Shown piece by piece: positions 24,833-37,860 of a stretch of 64,000 bases of DNA. Under the pieces are notes generated by a model that searched no databases, was not told the DNA's origin, and saw only the letters and a list, made by a program, of their open reading frames with translations. The DNA is from Octopus bimaculoides (taxonomy: Eukaryota). Made by a program: the position numbers and the translations under genes. The stretch spans positions 17,893,800-17,957,799 of the forward strand of contig NC_069006.1 of assembly GCF_001194135.2 (NCBI RefSeq), in the 5' to 3' direction. Position 1 is the first letter of the stretch. Each line of letters opens with the position of its first letter.

Positions 24833-25560
24833 TACAGAGTGTGATGGGTAAATTGTCACCATTTTATATTTTATAATTTTGTGCATGCGCATTATTTGCT
24901 TTTGATTTTGTCAACTACACAGTATAGTAGGGTCAGTTGGGTACCATCTGTGAGAAAAGCAGCACCATGATGCAGTTCACTCTGTTAGAAATTTGGAAAC
25001 GACATGCTGTACTGCTTGGCATTCATGCTGGAAGCTCCAGTATGAGTGTTTGGGTGTCAATCTGAGGACATGTACTGAGAGTGATAAAAATCAAATGTCC
25101 AGTCAACATCATAATATTTGGAGTGATCACTAGTGATGGCGATGTTGTGCCTCCAATCATTTTCCCACATGGCCTCAGACTCAACACGGAGGCCTACATC
25201 AAGTGCCTGGAGGAGGTAGTACTGCCCTGTGTCAAGAGGGTAGCTACTGGAAGACCCTATGTCTGGCAACAGGACTCTGTACCATGCCACACAAGCAGGA
25301 GAACCCAGACAATTTCTGCGACCACATCACCCTTAACATCTGGCCAGCTAACTCCCCAAACTGAAAGCCCTTTGATTATTATGTGCGGGGCACAGTTGAG
25401 TGAGAGACCCAACAAAACTCCTTGTAACACCAAAGATGAACTGAAGGCAAGGATTATGGCAGCATTCACCAACTCGAACAAGGAGACCATCCAGAAGAGT
25501 TGCAGGAGATTCCAAAGTCGTCTGGAGGTTGTGGTTAAAGCCAATGGCGATTTTATTGTG
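24833..25560 (+). mobile_element. Internally deleted Tc1/mariner transposon, maT (DD37D)-like
   Basis: Left end TAcagagtgtgatgggtaaattgtc. N-terminal MMQFTLLEIWKRHAVLLGIHAGSS is joined to the catalytic region FGVITSDGDVVPPIIFPHGLRLNTEAYIKCLEEVVLP..YVWQQDSVPCHTS, frameshifted to DNFCDHITLNIWPANSP..PFDYYV, then NKTPCNTKDELKARI..SRLEVVVKANGDFI. The DD37D spacing is inferred by assuming a small deletion. Confidence 0.85.
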
Positions 25561-26744
25561 TGTGCATGTAAAGATATGTATGTGTATGCATATATCTTTT
25601 TTGCATCTTTTATCTANNNNNNNNNNNNNNNNNNNNNNNNNNNNNNNNNNNNNNNNNNNNNNNNNNNNNNNNNNNNNNNNNNNNNNNNNNNNNNNNNNNN
25701 NNNNNNNNNNNNNNNNNNNNNNNNNNNNNNNNNNNNNNNNNNNNNNNNNNNNNNNNNNNNNNNNNNNNNNNNNNNNNNNNNNNNNNNNNNNNNNNNNNNN
25801 NNNNNNNNNNNNNNNNNNNNNNNNNNNNNNNNNNNNNNNNNNNNNNNNNNNNNNNNNNNNNNNNNNNNNNNNNNNNNNNNNNNNNNNNNNNNNNNNNNNN
25901 NNNNNNNNNNNNNNNNNNNNNNNNNNNNNNNNNNNNNNNNNNNNNNNNNNNNNNNNNNNNNNNNNNNNNNNNNNNNNNNNNNNNNNNNNNNNNNNNNNNN
26001 NNNNNNNNNNNNNNNNNNNNNNNNNNNNNNNNNNNNNNNNNNNNNNNNNNATATATATATGCCATGGGCTTCTTTCAGTTTCCATCTATCAAATCCATTC
26101 ACGAGGTTTTGGTCAGCCCGAGGCTATAGTAGAAGACACTTGCTCAAGGTGCCATGGAGCAGGACTGAACACTGAACTATATGGTTCAGAAGCCACGCCA
26201 TATACATTCAAATATGTATGTTATCGTCATCATCATTTAACATCCATTTTCCATGCTGGCATGGGTTGGACAACTGGCCAGGCTCCAGTTCTCTGTTTTG
26301 GCTTTGTTTCTACAGTTGGATGCTCTTCCTGACACCAACCACTTTACAGAGTGTGCTGGGTCATATTGCTTACAAGCACAAGAGCCTTTACATGGTATTG
26401 GCATGAGGGCATTTTACACGGCACCAAAGCAAGTGTATTTTATGTGGCACCAGTACAAATGCCAGTATGTATGGATATATGTTTGTGTGTAAAGATATGT
26501 TTGTATATAATTGACATTTTAATTATGTGAGTGTGTGTGTGTAGTGTGTGCGCACGGACACGTGTATATAATAGTATAATTTTTACGTTCATAATTGGAG
26601 GCCTGGTAAATTTGTCTAGATAGTATTTAATTAACTTGAAAAGCTGTTTGGCATTGTAATCAAATTTGCGATAATTAGCCGGACATAATCCACTCACTCT
26701 CTCTCTCTCTCTCACACACACATACACACACACACTGTCTCTCT

Positions 26745-26838
26745 CATACATACTCTCTCTCTCATACATACTCTCTCTCTCATACATACTCTCTCTCTCA
26801 TACATACTCTTTCTCTCATACATACTCTCTCTCTCTCT
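26745..26838. repeat. ~20-bp tandem repeat (ctctctctctcatacatact) x5
   Basis: Direct reading. Confidence 0.85.
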
Positions 26839-27420
26839 GTGGTCTCTTGATAAATTAGTCTGAATGATGAATGGCATAAAACTTGAATAGAACAGTCATT
26901 TTTGAGACATTTTAAGTAAAATAATAAGTGCTATTATCTTAATTAGTATTGTTTTTTTCTTTCTCTTAATTAATAACTGATAACTCACTTTAGCCTTTTG
27001 TTCTGTTTTAGTTCCATTTTCTCATTAACTTCTTTGAAAGGGGTGGATTTTATTTATTCATTTTTTATTATTGTTATTATTTTAATTTTTCTTTTTTATT
27101 TGAGGATAGAAGGACAGTGCCCATTATCTAAGTTCGCTCTCCAGAGGATTTTCTGGCCTTGGAGAGGAAGCCTACTTCTGGAAAGGTTAACGTGTCTTCA
27201 TCATTATCATCGTCCTTTAATGTCTGTTTTCCATGCTTACATGGACAGTCATTTACCGCCCATGTTCAATACTGCCATGGGTTGGATGGTTTGATTAGGG
27301 TCCAACAGGTGCAAAGACTGCATCATGCTCCAATGTCCACTTTGGCATGGTTTCTACAGATGGATGCTCTTCTTAGCACTAACTATGTTAAACCATGTAC
27401 TGGGAGCTTTTTTATTTTTT

Positions 27421-27573
27421 TGTGCATGGCCGTGTGGTAAGAAGCTTGCTTCCCAACCACCTGCTTTGGGGTTCATCCCACTGTGTGGCACCATGGCCAA
27501 CTGTTTTGTACTATAGCTTCAGACTGACCAAAGCCTTGTGAGTGGTTTTGATAGACAGAAACTGAAAGGAACC

Positions 27574-27625
<52 letters not shown>

Positions 27626-27846
27626 TGTGTGTGTGTGTATATATATGCATATAGCTATGTGTGTTTGTCTTTTTGTCTGTGTTTACATCCTCATAACTTA
27701 GTGGTCCAGTAAAGGAAACCATTGGAATAAGTACCAGACTTTAAAAATAAAAGTACTGCGGTTGATTCATTTAACTAAAAATTCTTCAGGGCGATGCTCC
27801 AGCATGGCCGCAATCAAATGACTGAAACAAGTAAAAGGTAAAAGGT
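27421..27846 (+). mobile_element. SINE-A full length (reference copy)
   Basis: Pol III A box (tggc.gtgtggtaag) and B box (gggttcatccc), ccttg.gcaa motif, internal (TA)n(TG)n, 3' half ending aaacaagtaaaagg. Other plus copies: 16365-16680, 35075-35230, 46645-47036, 61207-61626. Confidence 0.85.
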
Positions 27847-28739
27847 GTTTGACACCAGCACTGGTCTTGGCTGTTACATCAGAGATTAGTGGTGTGAGGT
27901 GATGATCCACTTGACTTTTCGTGTGAACGACTTACAATCTAATGAGAGAGAGTTCTCTAGTCACCCGATCTGCTAAAAATGACAACCAGATCTCTGGTGC
28001 TTGTGCCACGTAGAAGGCACTGGTGCTAGTGCCATGTAAAAAAAATACCCTGTATTCTCTGTAAAGTGGTTGGTGCCTGGAAGGATATCAAGCTGTAGAA
28101 AGCAAGCCAATCAGACTGGAACTTGATGCAGCTTCTGGCCTTACCAGCTCATGTCAAACCATCCAACCCATGCCAGCATGGAAAATGGACGCTAAAGGAT
28201 GATGATGATGATGATGATGATAATATTTGTGTGTGTGTGTGTGTGTGTGTATGATAGGTTTCTTTCAGTTTTTGTCTACCAAATCCACTCACAAGACTTT
28301 TATTGGCCTGAAGCAGTAGCAGAAGACACTTGTCCAAAGTGCCAAACAGTCAGATCGAACCTGAAATCCGATGTGGTTGAGAAGTAAACGTTTTAAACTC
28401 CCCCCCACATATACACACTCACACACGTGCACACACACACAAACACATGCACACATGTGTATGTATTGTCTTTGTTTATTCAATCTAATTTTCTTGCATT
28501 ACTAATGGCTGAGAGGAAAACAGTTTCTGTTTTAATTCTGTTGATAATGGTGTGTAATAGTTTCAAATTGAGACAATGTCTTGTCAGCTGAGCCGACTGT
28601 CAGTGAGAGGTGAGACTGTGACAGAACGAGAGATATAGAGAGAAAGAGACACACACACACACACTTTTCTCTCTCTCTCCTCTCTCCCTCCTCTCTTTCT
28701 CTCTCTCCTCTCTCCCTCTTTCTCTCTCCCTCTCACACA

Positions 28740-29103
28740 CGGACAGAGAATCGTATTTAGACGGTTACTCTAAGATTTCAATTGAACTTCTTTTATGAAT
28801 GCTATTAAAAAGCAGTGCTGCTTGGCGTAATCACTGGCCTCCTCTTCTATTTCTTCTTTAACTAATATACAATTACTTGCACAGCGCCGCTTGCCAAATT
28901 GATGCCCTTTTCAATGACCCCCTCCCCCCTCCCCGTCTGCTCTCCCACTGCCTCGCGTCCTCGTCTTGTCCTAGCCTAGCTATTAGAGGTTCTCATGTGA
29001 AGTAATTTCGCATGCCATTTGAACTGTACGGATTGTAGCTCGCTAAACTATATTTAATGGGCAAATTATATCAGCTCAGGACTTTCAGCTCGGTGGTGTG
29101 CCG
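28740..29103. promoter_or_regulatory. CpG-containing non-repeat island, promoter/enhancer-like, truncated by gap 29104-29737
   Basis: Several CpGs (acagcgccgc, cctcgcgtcctcg, cggtggtgtgccg) in a CpG-poor window; no match to the window's repeat families. Confidence 0.35.
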
Positions 29104-30629
29104 NNNNNNNNNNNNNNNNNNNNNNNNNNNNNNNNNNNNNNNNNNNNNNNNNNNNNNNNNNNNNNNNNNNNNNNNNNNNNNNNNNNNNNNNNNNNNNNNN
29201 NNNNNNNNNNNNNNNNNNNNNNNNNNNNNNNNNNNNNNNNNNNNNNNNNNNNNNNNNNNNNNNNNNNNNNNNNNNNNNNNNNNNNNNNNNNNNNNNNNNN
29301 NNNNNNNNNNNNNNNNNNNNNNNNNNNNNNNNNNNNNNNNNNNNNNNNNNNNNNNNNNNNNNNNNNNNNNNNNNNNNNNNNNNNNNNNNNNNNNNNNNNN
29401 NNNNNNNNNNNNNNNNNNNNNNNNNNNNNNNNNNNNNNNNNNNNNNNNNNNNNNNNNNNNNNNNNNNNNNNNNNNNNNNNNNNNNNNNNNNNNNNNNNNN
29501 NNNNNNNNNNNNNNNNNNNNNNNNNNNNNNNNNNNNNNNNNNNNNNNNNNNNNNNNNNNNNNNNNNNNNNNNNNNNNNNNNNNNNNNNNNNNNNNNNNNN
29601 NNNNNNNNNNNNNNNNNNNNNNNNNNNNNNNNNNNNNNNNNNNNNNNNNNNNNNNNNNNNNNNNNNNNNNNNNNNNNNNNNNNNNNNNNNNNNNNNNNNN
29701 NNNNNNNNNNNNNNNNNNNNNNNNNNNNNNNNNNNNNCCCTCCTCTTCTCCCCACATTGTTAGTTATTGAGAGTTTATCATATTTTCTATTATGTCCTGT
29801 CTTTATTGTGTTCAGTTATGTTTTCTATTGTGAAAAAAGAAAAAAGAAAAAGAGAGAGAAAAAAAGTTTGGTTTGTGAGTGTAAGTGAGGATGAGTGTAA
29901 GTGAGGATGAGTAAGTGAGGATGAGTGTAGGTGAGTGGGTAGACTCCATTAAGGCTGTTTTAGTTTGGCTTTGTTGTGACATCTAAACACTGGAAGAACT
30001 TGCCACCACCACCACCACTGTCACACCACGCCATCCTGCACCATACTGCACTGTAATGCAACCCTGCTGTATCTCCACTGCTGTTGTGGTCAGTCTAGGA
30101 CCATAAGTTGTTTACATCTATTGTGGACACTTACCTCTCTTGTGGCTAAAGAGTGTGGTACCCCAGTTGGTGGAAGAGTCTCCATGTGAAAACTTGACTG
30201 AGCAGAGATAGCAGCCAAAATCTCCCTCAGATCACACCCTACTTGCTTAACCATTTAGCATTTGGATTATTCTGTCTACTGTAATGTTTGTTTATTTATT
30301 TATTTATCTATTCACATTGCTTTGAATTGTGAATTATCTCATAGTTTTGTGATTTCAATGATATGATTGTTTATTTTTAGAATGACAATGTAGAGTAGGT
30401 GTGAGAGGCTGGACCTGGTTACTTTATTATGGTTGTATTGTAGCCTGTACTATGATAACTGTAGTAGTAGGAGGAGGAGGAGTAGGAGGAAAAGGAGCAT
30501 GGAGATTATAACACGGGAAAGGCATCTAGTCATAGAAACCAAGCAAGGACTGACAATGGAGTCTGGTGCAGCCCCCAACCTTAGCAGCTCCAGTCAAACC
30601 GTCCAACCCATGCCAGCATGGAAAATGGA

Positions 30630-31050
30630 CGTTAAATGATGATGATGATGATGATGAGTGGCGGTGGCTGTGGCAGTGGCAGTGGTAGTGGTAGTGGCAG
30701 CAGCAGTGGTTGTAGAAAACCTGCACCAGTGGTAATAATGGTAGTAGTGGTAATGGTGGTGGTGGTGGTGGTGGTGGTGATGTTAATGGGGGGGTATAGA
30801 AGTGGTGTTATGATGATGATGCTGGTGGTGCTGGTGATGTTGGTAGGAGTGACAGTAAGAGTAAGGATAGTGATGGTGGTGATAACATTGGGGTTGAGAT
30901 GGGGTCGTTATTGTGATGGTGGGGGTGGCAATGCCAATAACAATGGTGGTGGTGGTGGTGGTGGTGATGACAAGAACAATGACTGATGATGATGGTTGCA
31001 GTGATGATGATACCAACGATGACTAATGGTTGTGGTGATGGTGGTAATGA
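30630..31050. repeat. (GAT)/(GGT)/(AGT) low-complexity tract starting at an RTE-type tail
   Basis: ccagcatggaaaatggacgttaaat(gat)n runs directly into the tract. Similar tracts at 38365-38525 and 56445-56700. Confidence 0.85.
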
Positions 31051-31680
31051 TATCCCCACTGTACATGGCCCTTTAATTTTCCATTCTGAAGAAGACTTCA
31101 TTAAAATGAACCACTTCGTTGATGGAGCCCCGTAACTGCAGTGTGAAACAGCAAAGTGTGAGTAATTACCTCCGCCTCCACTCACACTCACACTTGTCAC
31201 CACACCACTCCTCCTCCACAAAACTGTCACCAGTTCAAGCTAGGAATTTATTCAATTATCTTCTCAACAATTCTTCTTCCTTTTGAATTTTCTCTCTCTC
31301 TCTCTCTCTCTCCCTCTCTTCCTCTTTCTTTCCTTCTCCTCCCTCTCTCTCTCTCACCACTATTTTCCTCCCACCTTCACTCCTACCCCCCTCTACCCTT
31401 TTTAAATCTTGCCATTGTCTTCCTTTGTAAGGAGCTGATTTCATCAGAGATGCTTTCTAGGTATGAATCTCACTACAGCATGTGTGCAGGCGTGCACACA
31501 CACACACACATTCACACGGTTTGTTATCTATTTCTTTCCCATTATGTCATTGTAAGTGTGTGTGTGTGTGTGTGTGCGTGCTCTCCCTTATCAATATATA
31601 GGCACATATGCACAAATAAAATCATACACTCACGACACAAGCATAGATGCATGCATTCACCATAGTAATGTGTGTGTGTA

Positions 31681-31718
<38 letters not shown>

Positions 31719-31819
31719 TAATATAAACGCACAGTATGGAGTGAATCACTGACTGGTTCTCCTTAAATTTAACTGATGTATTATATATATAGTGTTTTTT
31801 CCAGTTGAACATACACACA

Positions 31820-31876
<57 letters not shown>

Positions 31877-33008
31877 TATTATATATGTATGTATGTATTA
31901 TATGTGTGTATGTATGTATACACACACATGCTGATCACTAGTTGTCCTGATCTGATACATCCTGTCTGTTTGTAGCATCATAAGTGTGCCACTCTTAAGC
32001 TATCTTTGAATCTGAACTGAGTTTTGCACATTGGTTAAGTTACCACTCCCCTATTCACAACAATGAACTCTGCCTTCTAATTGTACTTATTTAAAGCTAA
32101 GCAAACTGAGGCAATGAGATTTTAAGTGCACCCCAACAATGCGGTATGAACCATTAACCTTATAATCAGAGGGTCACTAACTCTATCAACTTGACCAGCT
32201 GTATGTACATACGTAGTTATAATTGCTTTAGGAAATACACAGCAGTCTTTCCTGGATGCTTGTCTCTCTCTATCAGCGCTTCAGTCTCCACTATTGTAGT
32301 CTTCGAAACTTGTATTTAATTACACACAGCTAACTTCTTAATAACTAGTGAGACCTGCAATGACTTGTGAGTCAATTTGTAGCATTAAACAACAGTATCT
32401 CCCATCACTGAAAAACTCATCTGTCACATTGTGGGTTTTAGAATTTTATTTATTTATTTTTTATTTTTTTGCTATTTTCATTCTTATATTTCCTTTCTAT
32501 TGTATTCTTCACTTTGCTACAAAACGTTTATCCTACCAACATTTTCGCCCTTTATTTTCTTTGAATTCAGTTCGGACCCAAGTGGCCATCATTTATTTGT
32601 TTCTAATTTTAGTTTTGTCTGTATGTCAGTCTCCTCTCTCAGCGGCTATCTTATGAGATTATTCAACCTACTAGAAAAAGCAGCCACTCTTATGAATCAC
32701 AAAAAGGAAATGTTATATTGAATAAAAAAAACTGAATAAAGCTCCTTCTTTAGTGCTATGGACTCATAGGGCCGGTTTCCCAGATTCTCTGGCATATATA
32801 CTCCTTGTTGGACAGGATGCCAGTCTGTCGCAGGAATACTCATTTTTGCCAGCTGAGTGGGCTGAAGCAATGTGAAATGAAGTGTTTTGTACAGGATTAC
32901 ATCACACTTCCCAGTCCAGGAATTGAAACCACAATCTTACAACAACCATGTGTCCAATACCCTAACCATTAAGCCACACACCTCTACATATATGGAATAA
33001 CATAACCC

Positions 33009-33236
33009 TTAACCCTTTAGCATTCAGATTGCTCCTCCAAATGTAATGCTTATTTATTTACACTGTTTTCAATTAATCAGGAATTATCTTGCGGCTTCAA
33101 GGTTTCAGTGATGTGATTGTTTATTTTTAGAATGACATTGTAGAGTAGGTGTGAGAGGTTGGATCTGGTCAGTTTTAACATAAAACAGACAGAATATTTT
33201 GGCCGGATATGGCCGGTTTAAATGCTAAAGCGTTAA
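33009..33236 (-). mobile_element. piggyBac-like MITE family 1, complete (reference copy)
   Basis: TTAA|ccctttagcatt ... aatgctaaagcg|TTAA: 12-bp TIR starting CCC with a TTAA target duplication, the piggyBac superfamily signature. Other complete copies: 40829-41058, 45193-45418, 61689-61904. Strand labels are relative. Confidence 0.85.
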
Positions 33237-33628
33237 TGCATTATGTCTATGAAAACAAGACAGGATGGTCAGATTTGGAGCATCTTCCATCATCGGTCTG
33301 TCTAGTTGGACTAAAAGTGATTTGGACGCTAGACAACAACAACAACCAATATTGCTGTGAAAAGAATCATTTAAAAGATGTTTTGTACAGACTTGATATG
33401 TTGTAAGACAATCTGGAACCATTGAGCCGTTGTGATAAACTCTGGCATCATCACCGTTGTTGAATTGTAACGATGATGTTGTCAATGAAGAACTGAAGAT
33501 AAATAATAGACTTTAGCTACGGACATTAATTGAAGGGTGTCATAAACATTGTATTGATTCGGAAGCACTTCTTAAATATCTGTCTTCGGATAGATGGAAA
33601 GAGAGAGGGGGGGAGGGGTGAAAGACAT

Positions 33629-33659
<31 letters not shown>

Positions 33660-34689
33660 TGTAAAGATGGTGATGGATAGATAGATAGATAGATTGCAAG
33701 AGGTGGAGAGGCAGCTGAGGAGAAGGGGATTATGAGCTAGAAAGGAAAAGAGATTGCTGGCGAGATAGAGATTGCTGGCGAGATAGAGATTGAGGAAGCT
33801 GGTCTGGATGGATAGCAGTGGGGGGAACTGCACCTAACTAAAATTGAAATGAATGAAAAGACAGTTGCTAACTGTGGTCATGTCCACTTGTGATTGTAGT
33901 GCAATAAATTTACTTTGCCTTCATTGTTAAGTAATTAACGCTTCAAACAGTGGACCAGTAGCCTTGCATTGAAGACAACTACAGCCACCACCACCACAGC
34001 TACTGACAACAATGGCCTATGATGATGATGATGATGGTGATAGAATTGAGTATCGGGTTGATATGGTGAGGGTAGTGGTGGTGACTCCTGCTGAAAAGTA
34101 GCCAGCAGAGAGAATGGCAGTTTTTCAAATTAAATACTTTCTTTCTTGGCTCTGCTAAATTACAGGGATTCCTTGATTAATGCTTATTATAACAGTTTAG
34201 CGGAAACACTCTTCAAACTTGCTAATTCTCTTTCTCTCTCATTTCACGGGGGTCTTGCTATGACAGCTACTACATTTAGCGTCTATTGTTCGGGGGGGGG
34301 GGGGGAACAAAACAAAATAAATAAATAAACAATAAAGCAAAGACAAAATAAAAAAAGAAACATCCATTACTGTGGCGTTGCAATTAAAACCAGATTGTCA
34401 TCTTGTAATGTGAATTTGACAGATCCTGGTGCAAATGAGCCGAGAAAGTGGTTGGTATTAAGACGCACTGATTGCTACATGTGAGGTAATGATGGACTCG
34501 GTGTTGTTGTTGTTGGGAGAGGAAGAAGGACAGGAGGGCATCTGGTATGTAAATAGGCCATGTAATGATCAGTATTAGATACTCTAATTGCTACATGTGA
34601 AATGATGAATGCAGTGTTTTGTTTTCGACATGTGGTAAGGAAATAGTAAATATTTGCATAGCAGTTGGTATTCGAGACAGTAGGAGCCA

Positions 34690-35030
34690 CATGTTTTATT
34701 TACACAGTGAATAGCAACATGCTTCATTAGATTGATGATAGCTACATGTTTTTTGGGGTGGGCGAAAGTTAAATATTTTATTGGGATGAAGGATGACTGT
34801 TTTAAGGGGTGAAGGAAAGCTACATGTCTTGTTGGCTAGAGGATCACTACATGTTTTGGGCAGAGGAGAGCTAACTATATCTTTTATTAGATAGAGGATA
34901 ACTACATATTTTGATGGCTCAAGGATTGCTACCTGTTTTGTTGGCTGAAGGATATCTACATAGTTTAATGACTATTTTATTAGGTGGACAATAGTTACAT
35001 GTTTTATTAGACTGAGGATAGCTACCTGTC
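34690..35030. repeat. Minisatellite, ~35-38 bp unit (gatagctacatgttttattggctgaag-like)
   Basis: About 9 degenerate units. Confidence 0.7.
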
Positions 35031-36439
35031 ACAGATCAATGGCAGAAACAAGTTAAAGATAAAAAGATATAAGCACAGTCATGGCTGTGTGGTAAGAATT
35101 TTACTTCCCAACCACATGGTTCTGGGTTCAGTCTCACTGTGTGACACTATAGGTAAATATCTTCTACTATAGCCACGGACTGTCCAAAGCTTTGAGTGGA
35201 TTTAGTAGACAGAAACTGAAAGCTCATCATATATATGTATGTGTGTGTGTAAGTTTATATGTTCTTTCACCATGCAACATATGTGACCTTGACCTTCATA
35301 TTGTTAAGTGTACTTTGAAGTGGGGGTTGGAGAGCTGAGTGGTGAGGGAACGGCAAATATTAATTTCAAATTTGTTTTCCAAATCCTATTTTGATTGCTG
35401 CTAATAATTTCATCTCGTCAAATGGTGGGAAACAGTGGCAAAGTTCTTTAAAGTTCTTTAAAGCCCATTATTTGTCATCTGATGCCAGTAATATTTTTTG
35501 GTAATTGAGAATCAGTGAGGAGTCTAATCCTTGAAAGTAATTTTAGTTCTGTTCTTTCTATGTGGGGGGGAGTTCAAATTAGCTCTTAAATAACTACTGC
35601 TGCCCCTTAACAAACACATCCAGCCCGCCTGACAACTCCTACTGCCGTCTAACTTGTTTCAAATCAGCATGACTGGTTTGATACATAGCCAGTAAGCTCT
35701 CTTGCGAAGTTCCTTAATTGTAAGTCGATACAGAGGAGACTACATCTCAGTCGCCAAACCACTCCACCCATGTTTCATATCAGACTCTCTCTCTCTCTGT
35801 GTCTCCCCACCATAATGTATAACAAGTCGAAAGCTGATAGCCCTTTCATAGAGCTAGCCAGACTCTTGATACCATGTCACTCCCCTTCGCTGCTCCCCCA
35901 ACTAACTTTTTTTTCTTGTAAACGAAACACTTTGAAAATAAACTGTCTGTTGTGATCATTATGTCTCTCTCTCTCTCTCACACACACATATGCAGAGAAA
36001 TGAGTCTTCAGGAACCTCACAGATCTCTTGTTTTCAGTTTATGGTTTAGCCATAGGGGGTAGGGCAGTGCCCATAAGCTTTTGGTACAGTTGCAGGGCCT
36101 GTGTGACTGGTGAGGCAGAAAAGGGGGTGGAAGAAACCAATAACCCCTGAGTAGCTAGCTTAAGAAACAGGGTAACAAGATATCTTCGTTAACGTCATTA
36201 GCCTGGAGATGAGAAGCCTCTAATAATATTAATCCTAACACTTTAGATAAGGTATTAACATCCAATAACATCTAAGTTAAACCTAAAAGTACCAGAATGT
36301 TTACTAGAATTCCTCTCTTTTTTTTTTTTTTGTATTTTATTCTGCCAAATGGTGTGAGATTTAATTGAATATAAACTAATTAGTTTTGTAAACAAGCATT
36401 AGACATGTCACAAAAATGTCTCGTTTATGAAAATCTTTG

Positions 36440-36825
36440 ATAAAACAAGGCCAAAAACTGGCTAACAGCAAGGGCCAGATGTGGTGTAGGGAGAGATCAG
36501 TCAATTGAATCAACCCTCATACAGTGCTGGTACTTTATTTCATTGAACCCAGGAGGGATGAAGGGTAAAGTCAGCGTTGGCAGGATTTGAAACCTAAACA
36601 TTAAGATCCAGAGCATGTACTGCATGGCATTCTATTTTCCCTTCCAATGTTTCTGCCATTCTATCACCCTACAACCAATCCATTAACCTAATAATAATAA
36701 TAATAATAATCCTGTCTACTATTGGTACAAGGCCTGAAATTTGGTGGGAGGCGGTCTAGTCAAAAGGGAAATGCTGCTAAATGTTTCTGTCCTCATGTTA
36801 ATGAATCTGCCAGCTAACTGCCTTA

Positions 36826-36879
<54 letters not shown>

Positions 36880-37860
36880 GTTTCACATTTTGGCACAAGG
36901 CCAGCAATTCCAAGGGAAGAGGTAAGTCAATTACATCAACGCCAGTGGTTAGATGGTACTGATTTTATCGAGCCCGAAAGGATGAAAGTTAAAGTCAACC
37001 TCAGAATTTGAACTCAGAACATAAGGACAGATGAAATGCCATAAAGCATTTTGTCCTCATGCTAAAGGGTCTGCCAGCTAAAGGGTCTGCCAGCTTGCCA
37101 CTTTCGTAATAATGATAATAATGATAATAATGATAATAATGATAATAATGATAATAATGATAATAATGATAATAATGATAATAATGATAATAATGGNNNN
37201 NNNNNNAGGGTCTGCCAGCTAAAGGGTCTGCCAGCTTGCCACTTTCGTAATAATGATAATAATGATAATAATGATAATAATGATAATAATGATAATAATG
37301 ATAATAATGATAATAATGATAATAATGATAATAATAATAATAATGATAATAATGATAATAATGATAATAATGATAATAATGATAATAATGATAATAATGA
37401 TAATAATGATAATAATGGTTTCAAAATTTTCCACAAGGGAAGCCATTTTCGGGGAAGAGATGAGTTGATTGCATTGACCCCAAAAGGGATGAAAAGCAAA
37501 GTCAACCTTGGCAGAATTTGAGCTCGGAATGGAGCAACGGGCAAAATGCCATTAAGCATTTTGTCCAGCATGCTAATGATTCTGCCAGCACACCACCTTA
37601 ATAATAATAATAATGATGATGATAATCCTTTCTGCTATAGACACAAGGTCTGAAATTTATGGGGAGGGGACCAGTCGATTACATCGACCCCAGTATTTCG
37701 TTGGTACTTAATTTGTCGACCCCGAAAGGATGAAAGGCAACGTTGACCTCAGCAGAATTTGAACTCAAAATGTAAAGATGGGTGAAATGCTGTGAAGAAT
37801 TTTGCCCAGTGTGCTAACGATTCTACCAGCTTGCCACCTTCGCTTAATAACAACAACAAT
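36440..37860 (-). mobile_element. Array of 4-5 head-to-tail SINE-C copies separated by (AAT)n/(AATGATAAT)n
   Basis: Copies at about 36460-36660, 36880-37100, 37415-37600 and 37625-37845, plus a tail fragment at 36710; separated by AAT-rich tracts. Confidence 0.8.

Noticed and set aside
25081-25560. Active or domesticated transposase
   Set aside because: The first catalytic Asp and the DNA-binding region are deleted, and there are a frameshift and stops.
31091-31166. Possible exon with a GTGAGT donor near 31167
   Set aside because: Stops in all three frames and a weak acceptor; at most non-coding.
37065-37420. Direct duplication of aagggtctgccagct...(taatgataa)n
   Set aside because: The copies flank a 10-N gap (37197-37206); probably overlapping contig ends.
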